This document shows positions 16,328 to 25,606 of a DNA stretch of 64,000 bases, one piece after another. Position 1 is the first letter of the stretch. Each line of letters starts with the position of its first letter. Source of the stretch: Bdellovibrionales bacterium (GTDB taxonomy: Bacteria > Bdellovibrionota > Bdellovibrionia > Bdellovibrionales > UBA1609); assembly GCA_028283955.1 (NCBI GenBank), contig JANQSP010000012.1:4579-68578 (forward strand), in the 5' to 3' direction. The notes beneath the pieces are model-generated. The model saw only the letters and a program-made list of their open reading frames with translations, was not told where the DNA came from and made no database searches. The position numbers and the translations under genes were made by a program.

Positions 16328-16930
16328 TCATTCAAACAAAGAAAGCTGACGGGCTTTCAGTACAGGAAACCGAAGTTCCTTTTTTCCTGTCAACTGACTG
16401 AGCTTTTTCAAATCCAAATATTCACTGGTTTTTATCTTTTTTAAGATACAATCAAACACCTGACCGCAGGCCCAGGCATCCTGTTTAGCCCGATGAAATT
16501 GAGAAACAGGAATTTTTAAATATTCCACCAAGGTGGAAAGTTTATAATTACTTAAACCCGGAAAAACCTTTTTAGAAAGAGCATAAGTATCAAATAAAGG
16601 ACCTGTAGGAGCTACACAATAACATTTTTCCAAAGCTGATGAAATAAACTGAAAATCAAATATAGCGTTATGAGCCACCAAAGGATAATGAGCACAAAAG
16701 CCGGAAAAATCCGCCAGCACATCCCCTATAACCGGCTTTCCCTTTAACATTTCATCCGTAATTCCATTCACACGAGAAGCTTCCTCCGGAATAGGTACAC
16801 CGGGATTAATTAAAGTGGAAAAACTATCCTCTTCTTTTCCATCCGAAAAACGAACCGCCGCCAACTCCACAATATGATCCACATAAGATAAGGTTCCTGT
16901 CGTTTCCACATCCAAAGCCACGAAATTCAT
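16328..16930 (-). CDS. DEDDh 3'-5' exonuclease (DnaQ / Pol III epsilon-like)
   Basis: Motifs ALDVETTG, HNAIFDFQF and HRAKQDA. The preferred start is the ATG at 16930 (MNFVALDVE), which has aaagga upstream. The track ORF extends to 16963. Confidence 0.8.
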   Translation of the reverse strand: MNFVALDVETTGTLSYVDHIVELAAVRFSDGKEEDSFSTLINPGVPIPEEASRVNGITDEMLKGKPVIGDVLADFSGFCAHYPLVAHNAIFDFQFISSALEKCYCVAPTGPLFDTYALSKKVFPGLSNYKLSTLVEYLKIPVSQFHRAKQDAWACGQVFDCILKKIKTSEYLDLKKLSQLTGKKELRFPVLKARQLSLFE

Positions 16931-16974
16931 TGATATCCTTTCATTTATAAAGCAAAAAACCATTTTTCACTTAT

Positions 16975-17838
16975 CTATAAGTCTTCCTTTGAAAATATCT
17001 GTTCCTTCTTCCCTCCGGAACCAAATGCACCCAGGTTTTTCCCATTATGAAAAATGTACACCTTATCCGAAGTATCCGTTCCAATAAAAATATTTTCCCG
17101 CCCCTTTAACACTTTAAACTGATCCTCTTTTAAAGAAATCTCTTTTTTCTTTCCTTCATCCTCCTGATAAAATATCTGCACTTCCTCTAAGGCTTTAACA
17201 ACAATTTCCAAAGCGTAATCCGCTTTGGTGGAAGATGTTTGATCTTCCGGTTCTCCGTTCTCATTGTCAGTATCTGTATTCTCAACAGATCCATCGCTTT
17301 GTTGTCCTTCCTTTCCTGTTGAATCTGGGTCCAGCTCATTTTGTCCTTCAGTAAACACCTCCTCTGTGTCCCCTGACGCTTTTTGCTCCGCTGTTGATTG
17401 TTCCATATCCACAGATTCCGGTTTTTTATAAGACCGAATGACATTAGTAAAAACAAGAATACTTCCCAGTATAAACAAAATAGAGATAGCTAAAATAACC
17501 GGCATCAGTCTGAGATCTTTTTCAATAAGATTTTCCGCCTCGGAAGAGGAAGAAGCCACACCAGGTAAATAAACTTCTTCTCCCTGAGGAATAAGACTTT
17601 TTAGCTCCTTATCTATTTCCTGCTCATCCATCCCGAGCACTTTTGCATAAGCCAGAATAAATCCTCTTAAATAGGTATAAACAGGAAGCTGATCAGCTCG
17701 GGCCTCTTCAATAGCCTGCAGTGTGGATACACTGATTTTTGTCCACTCGGAAACTTTTTCCAGAGTTAAGCCTTGGTCCTCCCTCCTTTCTTTTAAAGCC
17801 TGTCCCAAGTTTAGCAGGTTCTGATGGGAGTACATCAA
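16975..17838 (-). CDS. rodZ: RodZ-like cytoskeleton protein (HTH, TM segment, acidic linker, C-terminal domain)
   Basis: N-terminal Xre-type HTH (LTLEKVSEWTKISVSTLQAIE) and a single TM segment. The ndk-pilF-rodZ synteny is known from gamma-proteobacteria. Confidence 0.75.
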   Translation of the reverse strand: MMYSHQNLLNLGQALKERREDQGLTLEKVSEWTKISVSTLQAIEEARADQLPVYTYLRGFILAYAKVLGMDEQEIDKELKSLIPQGEEVYLPGVASSSSEAENLIEKDLRLMPVILAISILFILGSILVFTNVIRSYKKPESVDMEQSTAEQKASGDTEEVFTEGQNELDPDSTGKEGQQSDGSVENTDTDNENGEPEDQTSSTKADYALEIVVKALEEVQIFYQEDEGKKKEISLKEDQFKVLKGRENIFIGTDTSDKVYIFHNGKNLGAFGSGGKKEQIFSKEDL

Positions 17839-18629
17839 TTAAGGCCTTTCAAAACTTTCATTTGCTTTTTTGCTTCATCCATATATTCACTGTTTTCTGC
17901 TCTATTTAAAAAAATTTGTAGATTCAAAAAGGCTTTTTGTCTCTGTCCCATTTTATTATAAGCTAAGGCAGCAAAAAAATAGGAATCAAAGGAAGGGGTA
18001 GAACATAAGGGCAGATTTTTCTCGCACCACCGTTTGGAAGGCTCTAAAATAGCCAAAGCTTTTTGAAATTGACCTTGAAAGTATAAACTTTTGGCATGAT
18101 ATAAAGCTGTAAAACAACCCTCTTTTTTTATTGTTCTGGCTACACTGAGATGTTTTTCAGCCAAAGAGAATTTTTTCTTTTTATAATACACAAATCCCAT
18201 GTGGGCATGAATGTTTTCAGAATATCTGTATGTGAGGTCTTCTTTGGCTTTCTGTAGTTCTTTTAGCCCTTGATCCCATTTACCCAATTCAATCAGGCTC
18301 CGACCCAAATGCACACGGGCATCCGTAAACTTGGGATTTAATTTAAGAGCTTCATTAAGATGTTCAACAGATTTCTCATATTTTTTAAACTGAAAATACA
18401 AAAGAGCAATAGAGTGATGAAAAACAGGGTCTTCTTTCCTTAACTTAAGAGCCTTGTTCAACTCGGATAAAGCAGAGGGATACTGACACTTTTTCATCAA
18501 AGAAAGAGCCATTTGATGATGCAGCTCCGCTTTCTTTATTTGCTTTTCATTGGATACACAGGAAATTAAAACCAGGGAAATAATAAAGACAGAAAACACT
18601 TTTAAAAAAAAATCTCTCATCATTTCCAT
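17835..18629 (-). CDS. TPR-repeat lipoprotein (PilF/PilW-like)
   Basis: Lipobox LISC and multiple TPR-like repeats. Located between ndk and rodZ. Confidence 0.7.
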   Translation of the reverse strand: MEMMRDFFLKVFSVFIISLVLISCVSNEKQIKKAELHHQMALSLMKKCQYPSALSELNKALKLRKEDPVFHHSIALLYFQFKKYEKSVEHLNEALKLNPKFTDARVHLGRSLIELGKWDQGLKELQKAKEDLTYRYSENIHAHMGFVYYKKKKFSLAEKHLSVARTIKKEGCFTALYHAKSLYFQGQFQKALAILEPSKRWCEKNLPLCSTPSFDSYFFAALAYNKMGQRQKAFLNLQIFLNRAENSEYMDEAKKQMKVLKGLN

Positions 18630-19039
18630 TCAGTCTCATTAAAGAAAAGATTTAACTCTCTTTCAGCACTTTCCAACGAATCACTTCCATGGATGGAATT
18701 TCTTTCTATACTTTCACCATACAAAGCCCGAATGGTTCCCGGGTCAGCTTGCTTGGGGTCTGTGTGTCCCATAATTTTTCGTACTTGCCCCACTGCATTT
18801 GCACCACTTAAAGCCATAACAAAAACCGGTCCAGATAGCACAAATTGAACAAGAGAGTGAAAGAAGGGCTTTTCTTTATGTTCCTGGTAAAACTTTTCAC
18901 AAAGCGAAGCCTCCATTCGCATCAGCCTACCCGCTTTCATCCTCAAACCGTTTGATTCCAGTTTTTGGATAATAGCTCCTATTAAATCCCGGGCCGTGGC
19001 GTCCGGTTTAATCATGGAAAAAGTAACGATTTCGGCCAT
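18620..19039 (-). CDS. ndk: Nucleoside diphosphate kinase
   Basis: MAEIVTFSMIKPDA... NSIHGSDS (active-site His). Start taken at the ATG at 19039, which has an aagga SD. The track ORF extends to 19102. Confidence 0.9.
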   Translation of the reverse strand: MAEIVTFSMIKPDATARDLIGAIIQKLESNGLRMKAGRLMRMEASLCEKFYQEHKEKPFFHSLVQFVLSGPVFVMALSGANAVGQVRKIMGHTDPKQADPGTIRALYGESIERNSIHGSDSLESAERELNLFFNETEWK

Positions 19040-19154
19040 CCTAAACATCCTTTTCAAAAGTATGTAACACAACTTTTTACATAAAAATAAAGAGGAACTC
19101 AAGAAAGAGACTTCAGTTAAAAAGAAAAGTCAGAAAAAATCAAATAGGGCAAGT

Positions 19155-20030
19155 TTAAACGGTTTTCAAACTGTTTTTAAGAGTTATTCCAATCTGTGCC
19201 GGGGAATGAGCAACAAAAGCGCCGGCACTGGCAAGAGCTTTTTGTTTTCCCTTGGCTGTACCTCTGCCTCCGCTAATAATAGCCCCCGCATGTCCCATTC
19301 GCTTTCCCTCCGGAGCCGAGCTACCGGCAATAAAAGCGGTTACCGGTTTTTTAAACTCTGTTTTTATATATTCCGCGGCCTGTTCTTCCAGTTCTCCTCC
19401 TATTTCTCCAATAATCACTACAGCTTCCGTTTGCTCATCCTGATTAAAAAGCTTCAATAGTTCCACAAAGTCCGTTCCGGGGAAAGGATCGCCACCTATC
19501 CCCACACAAGTACTTTGCCCCAAACCCAAAGAACTCAGTTGCCACACAGCTTCATAAGTTAAGGTACCGGAGCGGGATAAAACCCCCACCGGTCCACTTT
19601 GATGGATATAACCAGGCATAATCCCAATTTTACATTGTCCGGGAGTGATAACCCCGGGACAGTTGGGACCAATCAAACGGGTTTTTTTACCTTTTATAAA
19701 TTGTTTTACCCGAAGCATATCATACAGAGGAATACCTTCTGTAATACACACCACTAAATCCAGTTCAGCAGAAATCGCCTCCACAAGAGCACTCAAAGCA
19801 AAAGCCGGAGGAACATAAATAACAGAGGCATTAGCCCTTGTTTTTTCTTTCGCCTCCTTCACAGTATCAAATACAGGTAAACCTAAATGACTCGTCCCTC
19901 CTTTACCCGGAGTGACCCCCCCTACAAGAAAGGAGCCATATTCCAGGGCCTTCTCAGAATGAAAGGTTCCCTGTTTACCGGTAAAACCCTGACAAATTAG
20001 ACGGGTATGCTTATCGATTAAAATACTCAT
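19155..20030 (-). CDS. sucD: Succinyl-CoA synthetase alpha subunit
   Basis: 291 aa with ...RLIGPNCPG..., SRSGTLTYE and MGHAGAI (phosphohistidine loop). Confidence 0.95.
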   Translation of the reverse strand: MSILIDKHTRLICQGFTGKQGTFHSEKALEYGSFLVGGVTPGKGGTSHLGLPVFDTVKEAKEKTRANASVIYVPPAFALSALVEAISAELDLVVCITEGIPLYDMLRVKQFIKGKKTRLIGPNCPGVITPGQCKIGIMPGYIHQSGPVGVLSRSGTLTYEAVWQLSSLGLGQSTCVGIGGDPFPGTDFVELLKLFNQDEQTEAVVIIGEIGGELEEQAAEYIKTEFKKPVTAFIAGSSAPEGKRMGHAGAIISGGRGTAKGKQKALASAGAFVAHSPAQIGITLKNSLKTV

Positions 20031-21199
20031 TTTCCATTTTCACTTGTTAAAGAAATAATTTTTTGAGCCGCCTCTTCCAAATTATCTGCAAAACTTAAAT
20101 CCAAACCGGAGTTATCCAATATCTGTCGAGCCTCTTTGGCATGAGTCCCCTCTAACCTCACCACCACCGGAACCCGTATATTCAACACGCTAATGGCCTT
20201 AACCAAACCCTTCGCTATCAAATCACATTTCACAATACCGCCAAAAATATTTACCAGAATACCCTTAACATTAGGGTCTTCCTTTAAAATTTGAAAGGCC
20301 ATATCAATTTTTTCACTATCCACTCCACCACCTACATCCAAAAAGTTAGCCGGCTCAGCCCCTTTCAATTTCACTATATCCATCGTGGCCATTGCCAGGC
20401 CGGCCCCGTTTACCAGACACCCTATACTTCCGGTCAATTTAACAAAAGACAGTTCATGAGTGGCGGCTTTCCTTTCCTCCAGGGGCAGTTCTTTTAAATC
20501 CATGAGAGCTTTCATCTCCTCCTGACGAAATAAAGCGTTATCATCAATACTCATTTTGGCGTCCAAAGGCAAAAGTTCTCCCTGCCTTGTACGCACCAAA
20601 GGATTTATTTCAATGAGAGTGCTTTCCTTTTGCACCATTAAATTATAAAGAGAATGTAACAAGGCACTCAGTTTCTTAAAGAAAGAAAGAGGTAAATTGA
20701 GATTTTTCAAAATAGCCATGATCTGAAAAGACAAGAGGCCGCAGAGGGGATCAACAGTTAATTTAAAAATTTTTTCCGGGGATTTTTCAGCTACTTCTTC
20801 AATAGACATTCCCCCTTCAGAGCTAACGATAAAACAAAGCTTCTGGTCCACTCTATCCAACAGCAAAGCTAAGTAAAATTCTTTCTCGATTTCACATATG
20901 GCTTCCACCAACACCTGGTGAATAATCTTTCCTTCCTGTCCTGTTTGAGCTGTAACCAGCTTTTGACCTATCATTTCTGCCGCAATCTTCCGCACTTCTT
21001 CCGGTGTATCGGCTTTTTTAATACCTCCCGCTTTCCCTCGTCCACCAGCGTGAACCTGAGCTTTCACCACCCATCCATCCACTTTTATCCTTTTTGCCGC
21101 TTCAAAAGCCTGATCAGCATGGTTCACCACTGTGGATTGGGGAACTTTTATACCAAATTCCTGAAATAGAGCTTTCGCTTGATATTCATGAATCTCCAT
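20027..21199 (-). CDS. sucC: Succinyl-CoA synthetase beta subunit
   Basis: [17 protein letters not shown]... with an ATP-grasp domain. Overlaps the sucD start by 4 nt. Confidence 0.95.
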   Translation of the reverse strand: MEIHEYQAKALFQEFGIKVPQSTVVNHADQAFEAAKRIKVDGWVVKAQVHAGGRGKAGGIKKADTPEEVRKIAAEMIGQKLVTAQTGQEGKIIHQVLVEAICEIEKEFYLALLLDRVDQKLCFIVSSEGGMSIEEVAEKSPEKIFKLTVDPLCGLLSFQIMAILKNLNLPLSFFKKLSALLHSLYNLMVQKESTLIEINPLVRTRQGELLPLDAKMSIDDNALFRQEEMKALMDLKELPLEERKAATHELSFVKLTGSIGCLVNGAGLAMATMDIVKLKGAEPANFLDVGGGVDSEKIDMAFQILKEDPNVKGILVNIFGGIVKCDLIAKGLVKAISVLNIRVPVVVRLEGTHAKEARQILDNSGLDLSFADNLEEAAQKIISLTSENGK

Positions 21200-21284
21200 G
21201 AAACTTCACTCTCTCTAAACCTTAAAAACGGCTAATAAAAGATTTTATACAGATCTGTAACATTTGTTCTTACCACTTAAAATA

Positions 21285-22214
21285 TTATAATACCAGCTGC
21301 TCTATTTGGCTTCTTACTGCCGAAACTGAGTTTTGAAACAGTTTTTTTTCATTTGTTGTCATGGAAAATTCCATAACCTTTTCCACTCCCTTTGAACCCA
21401 GACAACAAAGCACTCCCATAAACAAGCCTGTCGTTTCATATTCCCCATTCAATAAAGTGGAACAGGGAAGTATTCTTTTTTTATCCTTTAAAATAGACTC
21501 CGCCATCTCCACCACACTTAAAGCCGGAGCATAATAGGCAGAGCCTGTCTTAAGCAGAGATACAATCTCGGCTCCCCCTTTTTTCGTTCTTTCCACCAAA
21601 GAAGCAATTTTTTCCTCAGATAACAGCTCTGTTAAAGGAATGCCTCCCACATGACAAAGCCGGGGAAGCAACACCATAGTATCTCCATGACCACCTAATA
21701 CAAAAGCCTGCACATCCTGAACACTTACTTGTAGTGCTTCCGCCACAAAGGCTTTAAATCGAGCACCATCTAGTACTCCCGCCATACCCATTACCCGATG
21801 AGATGGAAAATCCAAAGTTTTCCATGCCACATAAGACATAACATCCAAAGGATTGGTAACCACAATCACATAAGCCTCGGGCGCCTGCTGTTTTATCTGC
21901 TCACAAATCTGAGCTACAATTTCTGCATTGATATTTCTCAGTTCATCCCGGCTCATACCTGGTTGACGCGCCCGGCCAGCAGTAACAACAACCAAATCTG
22001 AATTCTGAATATCTGTATAATCTGAGGTGCCCGTTATCCCTAAACTGGAGGTAGTCAAAGCACTGGATTGAAACAGATCCAAAGCCCGACCTCGAACCAG
22101 GTCTTCTTCAATATCCAACAGTACGATGTCACCTAAACCCCGACTTAAAAGCCAATGAGCACAGGTGGACCCTACAAAACCACCGCCTATAATGGAAATT
22201 TTTGAACGACGCAT
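21285..22214 (-). CDS. mdh: Malate dehydrogenase (LDH-like MDH family)
   Basis: KISIIGGGFVGST Rossmann motif, and GGHGDTMV. Confidence 0.9.
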   Translation of the reverse strand: MRRSKISIIGGGFVGSTCAHWLLSRGLGDIVLLDIEEDLVRGRALDLFQSSALTTSSLGITGTSDYTDIQNSDLVVVTAGRARQPGMSRDELRNINAEIVAQICEQIKQQAPEAYVIVVTNPLDVMSYVAWKTLDFPSHRVMGMAGVLDGARFKAFVAEALQVSVQDVQAFVLGGHGDTMVLLPRLCHVGGIPLTELLSEEKIASLVERTKKGGAEIVSLLKTGSAYYAPALSVVEMAESILKDKKRILPCSTLLNGEYETTGLFMGVLCCLGSKGVEKVMEFSMTTNEKKLFQNSVSAVRSQIEQLVL

Positions 22215-22310
22215 GTCTATATTAACACCTCATATTTCTTTTCCATTTAAAAATCTTTTGAAATGAACAGGGCCAAAAATTATTTTATTATAAAATGAGA
22301 AGTAAAAACA

Positions 22311-22343
22311 GATCTCCCGAAGAGAGAAGCTCATCGGGAGATC
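22311..22343 (-). terminator. Rho-independent terminator after the polybasic peptide gene
   Basis: 10-bp stem, gatctcccga (22311-22320) with tcgggagatc (22334-22343). On the minus strand it is followed by ctgttttt. Confidence 0.7.
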
Positions 22344-22364
22344 CTTGAAATAAAAAATTCTACT

Positions 22365-22463
22365 CTATCTCTTTTTTCTTTTCTTCGCTTTTCTCTTTGT
22401 TGCCTTTTTCTTGGCTTTCTTTTTCACTTTCTTCTTTGCTTTTTTTCTTTTTTTCTCAGCCAT
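22365..22463 (-). CDS. Unannotated 32-aa polybasic peptide (MAEKKRKKAKKKVKKKAKKKATKRKAKKRKKR)
   Basis: Below the track's size cutoff. My codon-by-codon translation gives 33 codons including the stop. A GAGGAGG SD lies 4-5 nt upstream of the ATG, and its own terminator lies 21 nt after the stop. Confidence 0.6.
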   Translation of the reverse strand: MAEKKRKKAKKKVKKKAKKKATKRKAKKRKKR

Positions 22464-22593
22464 TGCTCCTCCTCATGTTGAGTGCTGATATCCAAGATGA
22501 AAAAATTCACCCACTTTTCAGATAGTGTTACTCCACTTGCTTCTCCAGTCAAATAAAAAAATAGCATCCATTTTGCATGTCACAATTTATAGT

Positions 22594-23349
22594 ATGCTCG
22601 ATTGGAAATCTTTATTGTTATTTTGCCACTTGTTCATTTGCCTTAAAGCTCTATGGAATATTCTCCACAACAGTATGTTTCTCACTTTTTTATCCCCAAT
22701 AGTCTGGAAATCCTGGTTTATTTGTAATATTTTACTCGCTTTTTTCATCTCCCAGCTCCCTCTCTCTCTTTTATTTTTTAAAATACCTTTGCTGTACACT
22801 CCTTTAATACTGACTGTATTTTTACAATCATTCCTAAATTTTATCTGGAAGCAGCAGTTTTATAGACAATTTGAACTCTTTATTAACGCTCTCATTGCTC
22901 AAATAAAAATAGGGCTCGGTTTCCGATCCGCCTTCAAATCCGCTTTATCTGTTCTATCACACGATTCTTTTCAAAATTACTTCAGGGAAATATTAGAGAT
23001 GATCTTATTTTCAAAAAAAATCAGAAAGGAGTTTCAATTTTCCCCTCTGCAACAAATGATTGAAGAGCTAAGAAAAGCGGATCAATCTTCACAATGCTTG
23101 GAACACCTGGAGAATTTGCGTCACCAGATTCAGATTCGCTCCTGTTTTCAGAAGAAAGCTCAATCCATTCTCCTGCAAATTCGTATTCAATCTTTTGTGC
23201 TATCCGTTCTTTACTCCGGTCTTTTTATATTTGTCTTACACAGATACGGTCTGAAATACATAAAAATTTTATTACTGTCTTTTCTTCTATTTACTGCCGG
23301 ACTCCTCTTTTTATTTCAATACGGAAAGAAAATAAAATGGACTATTTAG
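22594..23349 (+). CDS. T2SS-F domain protein (TadB-like), second copy, not linked to the Tad operon
   Basis: Polytopic, with FELFINALIAQIKIGLGFRSAFKSAL..., a T2SSF-like signature. The track ORF begins at a GTG at 22525; the first ATG is at 22594. Confidence 0.65.
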   Translation: MLDWKSLLLFCHLFICLKALWNILHNSMFLTFLSPIVWKSWFICNILLAFFISQLPLSLLFFKIPLLYTPLILTVFLQSFLNFIWKQQFYRQFELFINALIAQIKIGLGFRSAFKSALSVLSHDSFQNYFREILEMILFSKKIRKEFQFSPLQQMIEELRKADQSSQCLEHLENLRHQIQIRSCFQKKAQSILLQIRIQSFVLSVLYSGLFIFVLHRYGLKYIKILLLSFLLFTAGLLFLFQYGKKIKWTI

Positions 23350-23771
23350 CACCTCCTTTGAATGCTGTGCTTCAAATCCAATTGAGAATTAAGAGTGGAT
23401 CTTCCGTGCACTCCGCTATTCAGGCTTATGTGAAAGACTTCCCCGAATGCCCCTTTGCCGTACAAACAGGGCTTTGGCTATTTTATATAAAAACCGGAAA
23501 AAGTTTTACAGAATCCATTATAACCAAAAAAAGTTATAGAAAAACCTTGCTGGATATTTTGTACAGAGGACTGAACGGAGAACCTATACTTGATATTCTA
23601 CAGGAATTTGAAACTGAACTAAAAACAGCCGCTTTACATGACTTAGAACAACAAATTCAAAAATTACCCTTTCTGTCTCTTATCCCTTTATTTTTATTCC
23701 AGGTTCCCGCTTTTTTTCTTCTTTTGTTAGCTCCTTTATTGCTGGAATTACAAGCCAGTTTAAACTCCTGA
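23337..23771 (+). CDS. Short T2SS-F domain protein (TadC-like)
   Basis: MDYLAPPLNAVLQIQLRIKSGSSVHSAIQ...LPFLSLIPLFLFQVPAFFLLLLAPLL. Its ATG overlaps the upstream stop by 13 nt. The 81-codon N-terminal extension in the track lies out of frame over the upstream gene. Confidence 0.65.
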   Translation: MDYLAPPLNAVLQIQLRIKSGSSVHSAIQAYVKDFPECPFAVQTGLWLFYIKTGKSFTESIITKKSYRKTLLDILYRGLNGEPILDILQEFETELKTAALHDLEQQIQKLPFLSLIPLFLFQVPAFFLLLLAPLLLELQASLNS

Positions 23772-23875
23772 ATATACCGCTTTGGCCCGTATTTTGCTTA
23801 CCATCAAATAGGTTGAAAAAAGGAGATAACTTCATCCCACCTGAAAAATAATAAGTTTATACACAAATAGCTTAA

Positions 23876-24328
23876 AAACATCCGAGGTGCTTAATTTACT
23901 TAAAAACATTTTTCCTCTTTTTTTTCCTTTCTCTTCCCTTTTTCAGTCTATCCAATGAACTTTGGATAGTTCCCCGTAATCCAAAAGAACTGACACAACT
24001 CATCCAATACAAAGAAACACAAAAAGAATTAAAAACACTATGCTTTCTACAACTACAAAAAAAATTCATTCCTTACAGCTGCTACGAATGGCTCACACAG
24101 TCTCCCATTGACAAAAAGAATCTACCTCTTCAGTACCTCAATGAAAAGTGCCTGGAGTTTTCCAGTTTTTTAAACAACCTAAATAAAATAAAGAAAATCC
24201 TGCAAAATCAAAACTTAAGTCCCTTTTGCCGAAAAATAATCAATCAACAAAAAAAGAGAATAGAATATAAGTTAAGAGACTCCTCTATATCTGATATATT
24301 TACATGGTATTTTAAAGAAGAACTTTGA
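23876..24328 (+). CDS. 150-codon stop-free ORF with a signal-peptide-like N-terminus and no canonical start codon (ATT start, or frameshifted at a T8 tract)
   Basis: Translated by hand: ...IYLKTFFLFFFLSLPFFSLS/NELWIVPRNPKELTQLIQYK...TWYFKEEL*. There is no in-frame ATG, GTG or TTG. GAGG lies 6 nt upstream of the ATT at 23894. A GTG at 23887 in the neighbouring frame could be joined by a 1-nt change in the T8 run (23918-23925). Confidence 0.45.
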   Translation, partial: KHPRCLIYLKTFFLFFFLSLPFFSLSNELWIVPRNPKELTQLIQYKETQKELKTLCFLQLQKKFIPYSCYEWLTQSPIDKKNLPLQYLNEKCLEFSSFLNNLNKIKKILQNQNLSPFCRKIINQQKKRIEYKLRDSSISDIFTWYFKEEL

Positions 24329-24358
24329 CTTTTTCTTTTTTTTGTTTAAAAAAAAGCC

Positions 24359-25477
24359 ATGTCCACCAGGTTTATCACTTCGGCACACCTTTACGAGATT
24401 CAGGAAATTTTAGGAGAAAGTCTTTCAAGCACAGTTTACCTGGCTCAGCGCCTGGATAAAAAATTTAAGATCAAGCAACCGGTTGTTATCAAGCTATTTA
24501 AAAAAGGAAACAGTCACGGATCCATTCTACAAATGGAGTCTTTATTAAGAGCAAGACATAGCAGCCATTTAGTAAAAGTACTTTCCTTTGAACGCCTTCA
24601 ATCACATCCCGCCCTTATTTTGGAGCATATCCACGGAGCCAACCTGAAACAATTAATGAAAAACACAGAGTTTACCAAAAATGAAACAGCTTATATCTGC
24701 GCAAAAATTCTTAACGGCCTCAAAGAACTAAAAACAAACGGCCTGGCACATGGAGACTTAAGTCTTTCCAATATTTTAATAGACACAAAAGGACAAGTTT
24801 ATCTAACAGACTACGGTTTAGCCAACTATGAAAAAAACACCTTTCACAGCACAAAGCCTTTTACAGCTCCTGAACTTTATGAAGGAAAAACCTCCTGTTT
24901 TCAATCTGATCTTTTTTCATTAGGGGTTTTAGAAAAAATACTGCATGGAAACTTCACACAAGAGACACTCAGTTCCTTGGAGAGCGCCCATTTCATATGC
25001 AAAAGGGACTGTCTGTTGGACCCTGACCCACAAAACAGAAGAAAAAAAACATTCCCTTTTTCCTCCACTGCCCCCGCCTCTTTAAGCCGTAAAGTTCATC
25101 AATTCCTTTTTATTAAACACTGTTTTAACCGAAAACCAATTAAGACTCCCGCTCCCTCCCCTCCTTCAAAAACAAAACGCCACCGGCGGGCTCCCTATCA
25201 GCAGCTTTCTTTATTAGGAATATTATTCGCTTTCCTGTTTTCCACTAACCCCTTCCTTTCTTACGGGAAACACTCTTCCGCGGAAGTACTGATTCGTACC
25301 GAAAAGTGGGTACATATACAAATGAACGGTTTCACCGGTTATTCTCCGATGAATATTCGCATCAACAAACCCGGTACATATGAATTAAAGTGGAAAAAGA
25401 AAGATAAATCAGGATGGAAACGTATCCATATAAGAAACGGACAACAATTAATCCTCAGAGACCATGATTTTCTTTAA
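24359..25477 (+). CDS. Hanks-type Ser/Thr protein kinase (non-RD) with a TM segment and a small extracytoplasmic beta-rich domain
   Basis: VVIKLF (VAIK Lys), HGDLSLSNILID (catalytic loop), DYG (DFG) and TAPE. A TM segment is LSLLGILFAFLFS. The C-terminal ~60 aa look PEGA-like. Confidence 0.8.
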   Translation: MSTRFITSAHLYEIQEILGESLSSTVYLAQRLDKKFKIKQPVVIKLFKKGNSHGSILQMESLLRARHSSHLVKVLSFERLQSHPALILEHIHGANLKQLMKNTEFTKNETAYICAKILNGLKELKTNGLAHGDLSLSNILIDTKGQVYLTDYGLANYEKNTFHSTKPFTAPELYEGKTSCFQSDLFSLGVLEKILHGNFTQETLSSLESAHFICKRDCLLDPDPQNRRKKTFPFSSTAPASLSRKVHQFLFIKHCFNRKPIKTPAPSPPSKTKRHRRAPYQQLSLLGILFAFLFSTNPFLSYGKHSSAEVLIRTEKWVHIQMNGFTGYSPMNIRINKPGTYELKWKKKDKSGWKRIHIRNGQQLILRDHDFL

Positions 25478-25606
25478 TGCTCTATTGTAAAACAGAACCA
25501 GAAAGCAAAATAAAGTTTTGCGGCTAAGAAAAAAACATAATTCCTTCAAAAGCTCCGTTATTACAGAAGAGCAAAAAGAAAGATACTTTTTGGAGATATA
25601 AAACTC

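Noticed and set aside
23094-23336. 81-codon N-terminal extension of the TadC-like ORF in the track (225-aa version)
   Set aside because: The extension lies out of frame over the 3' part of the upstream T2SS-F gene. The T2SS-F-like sequence begins at the internal Met (ATG at 23337).
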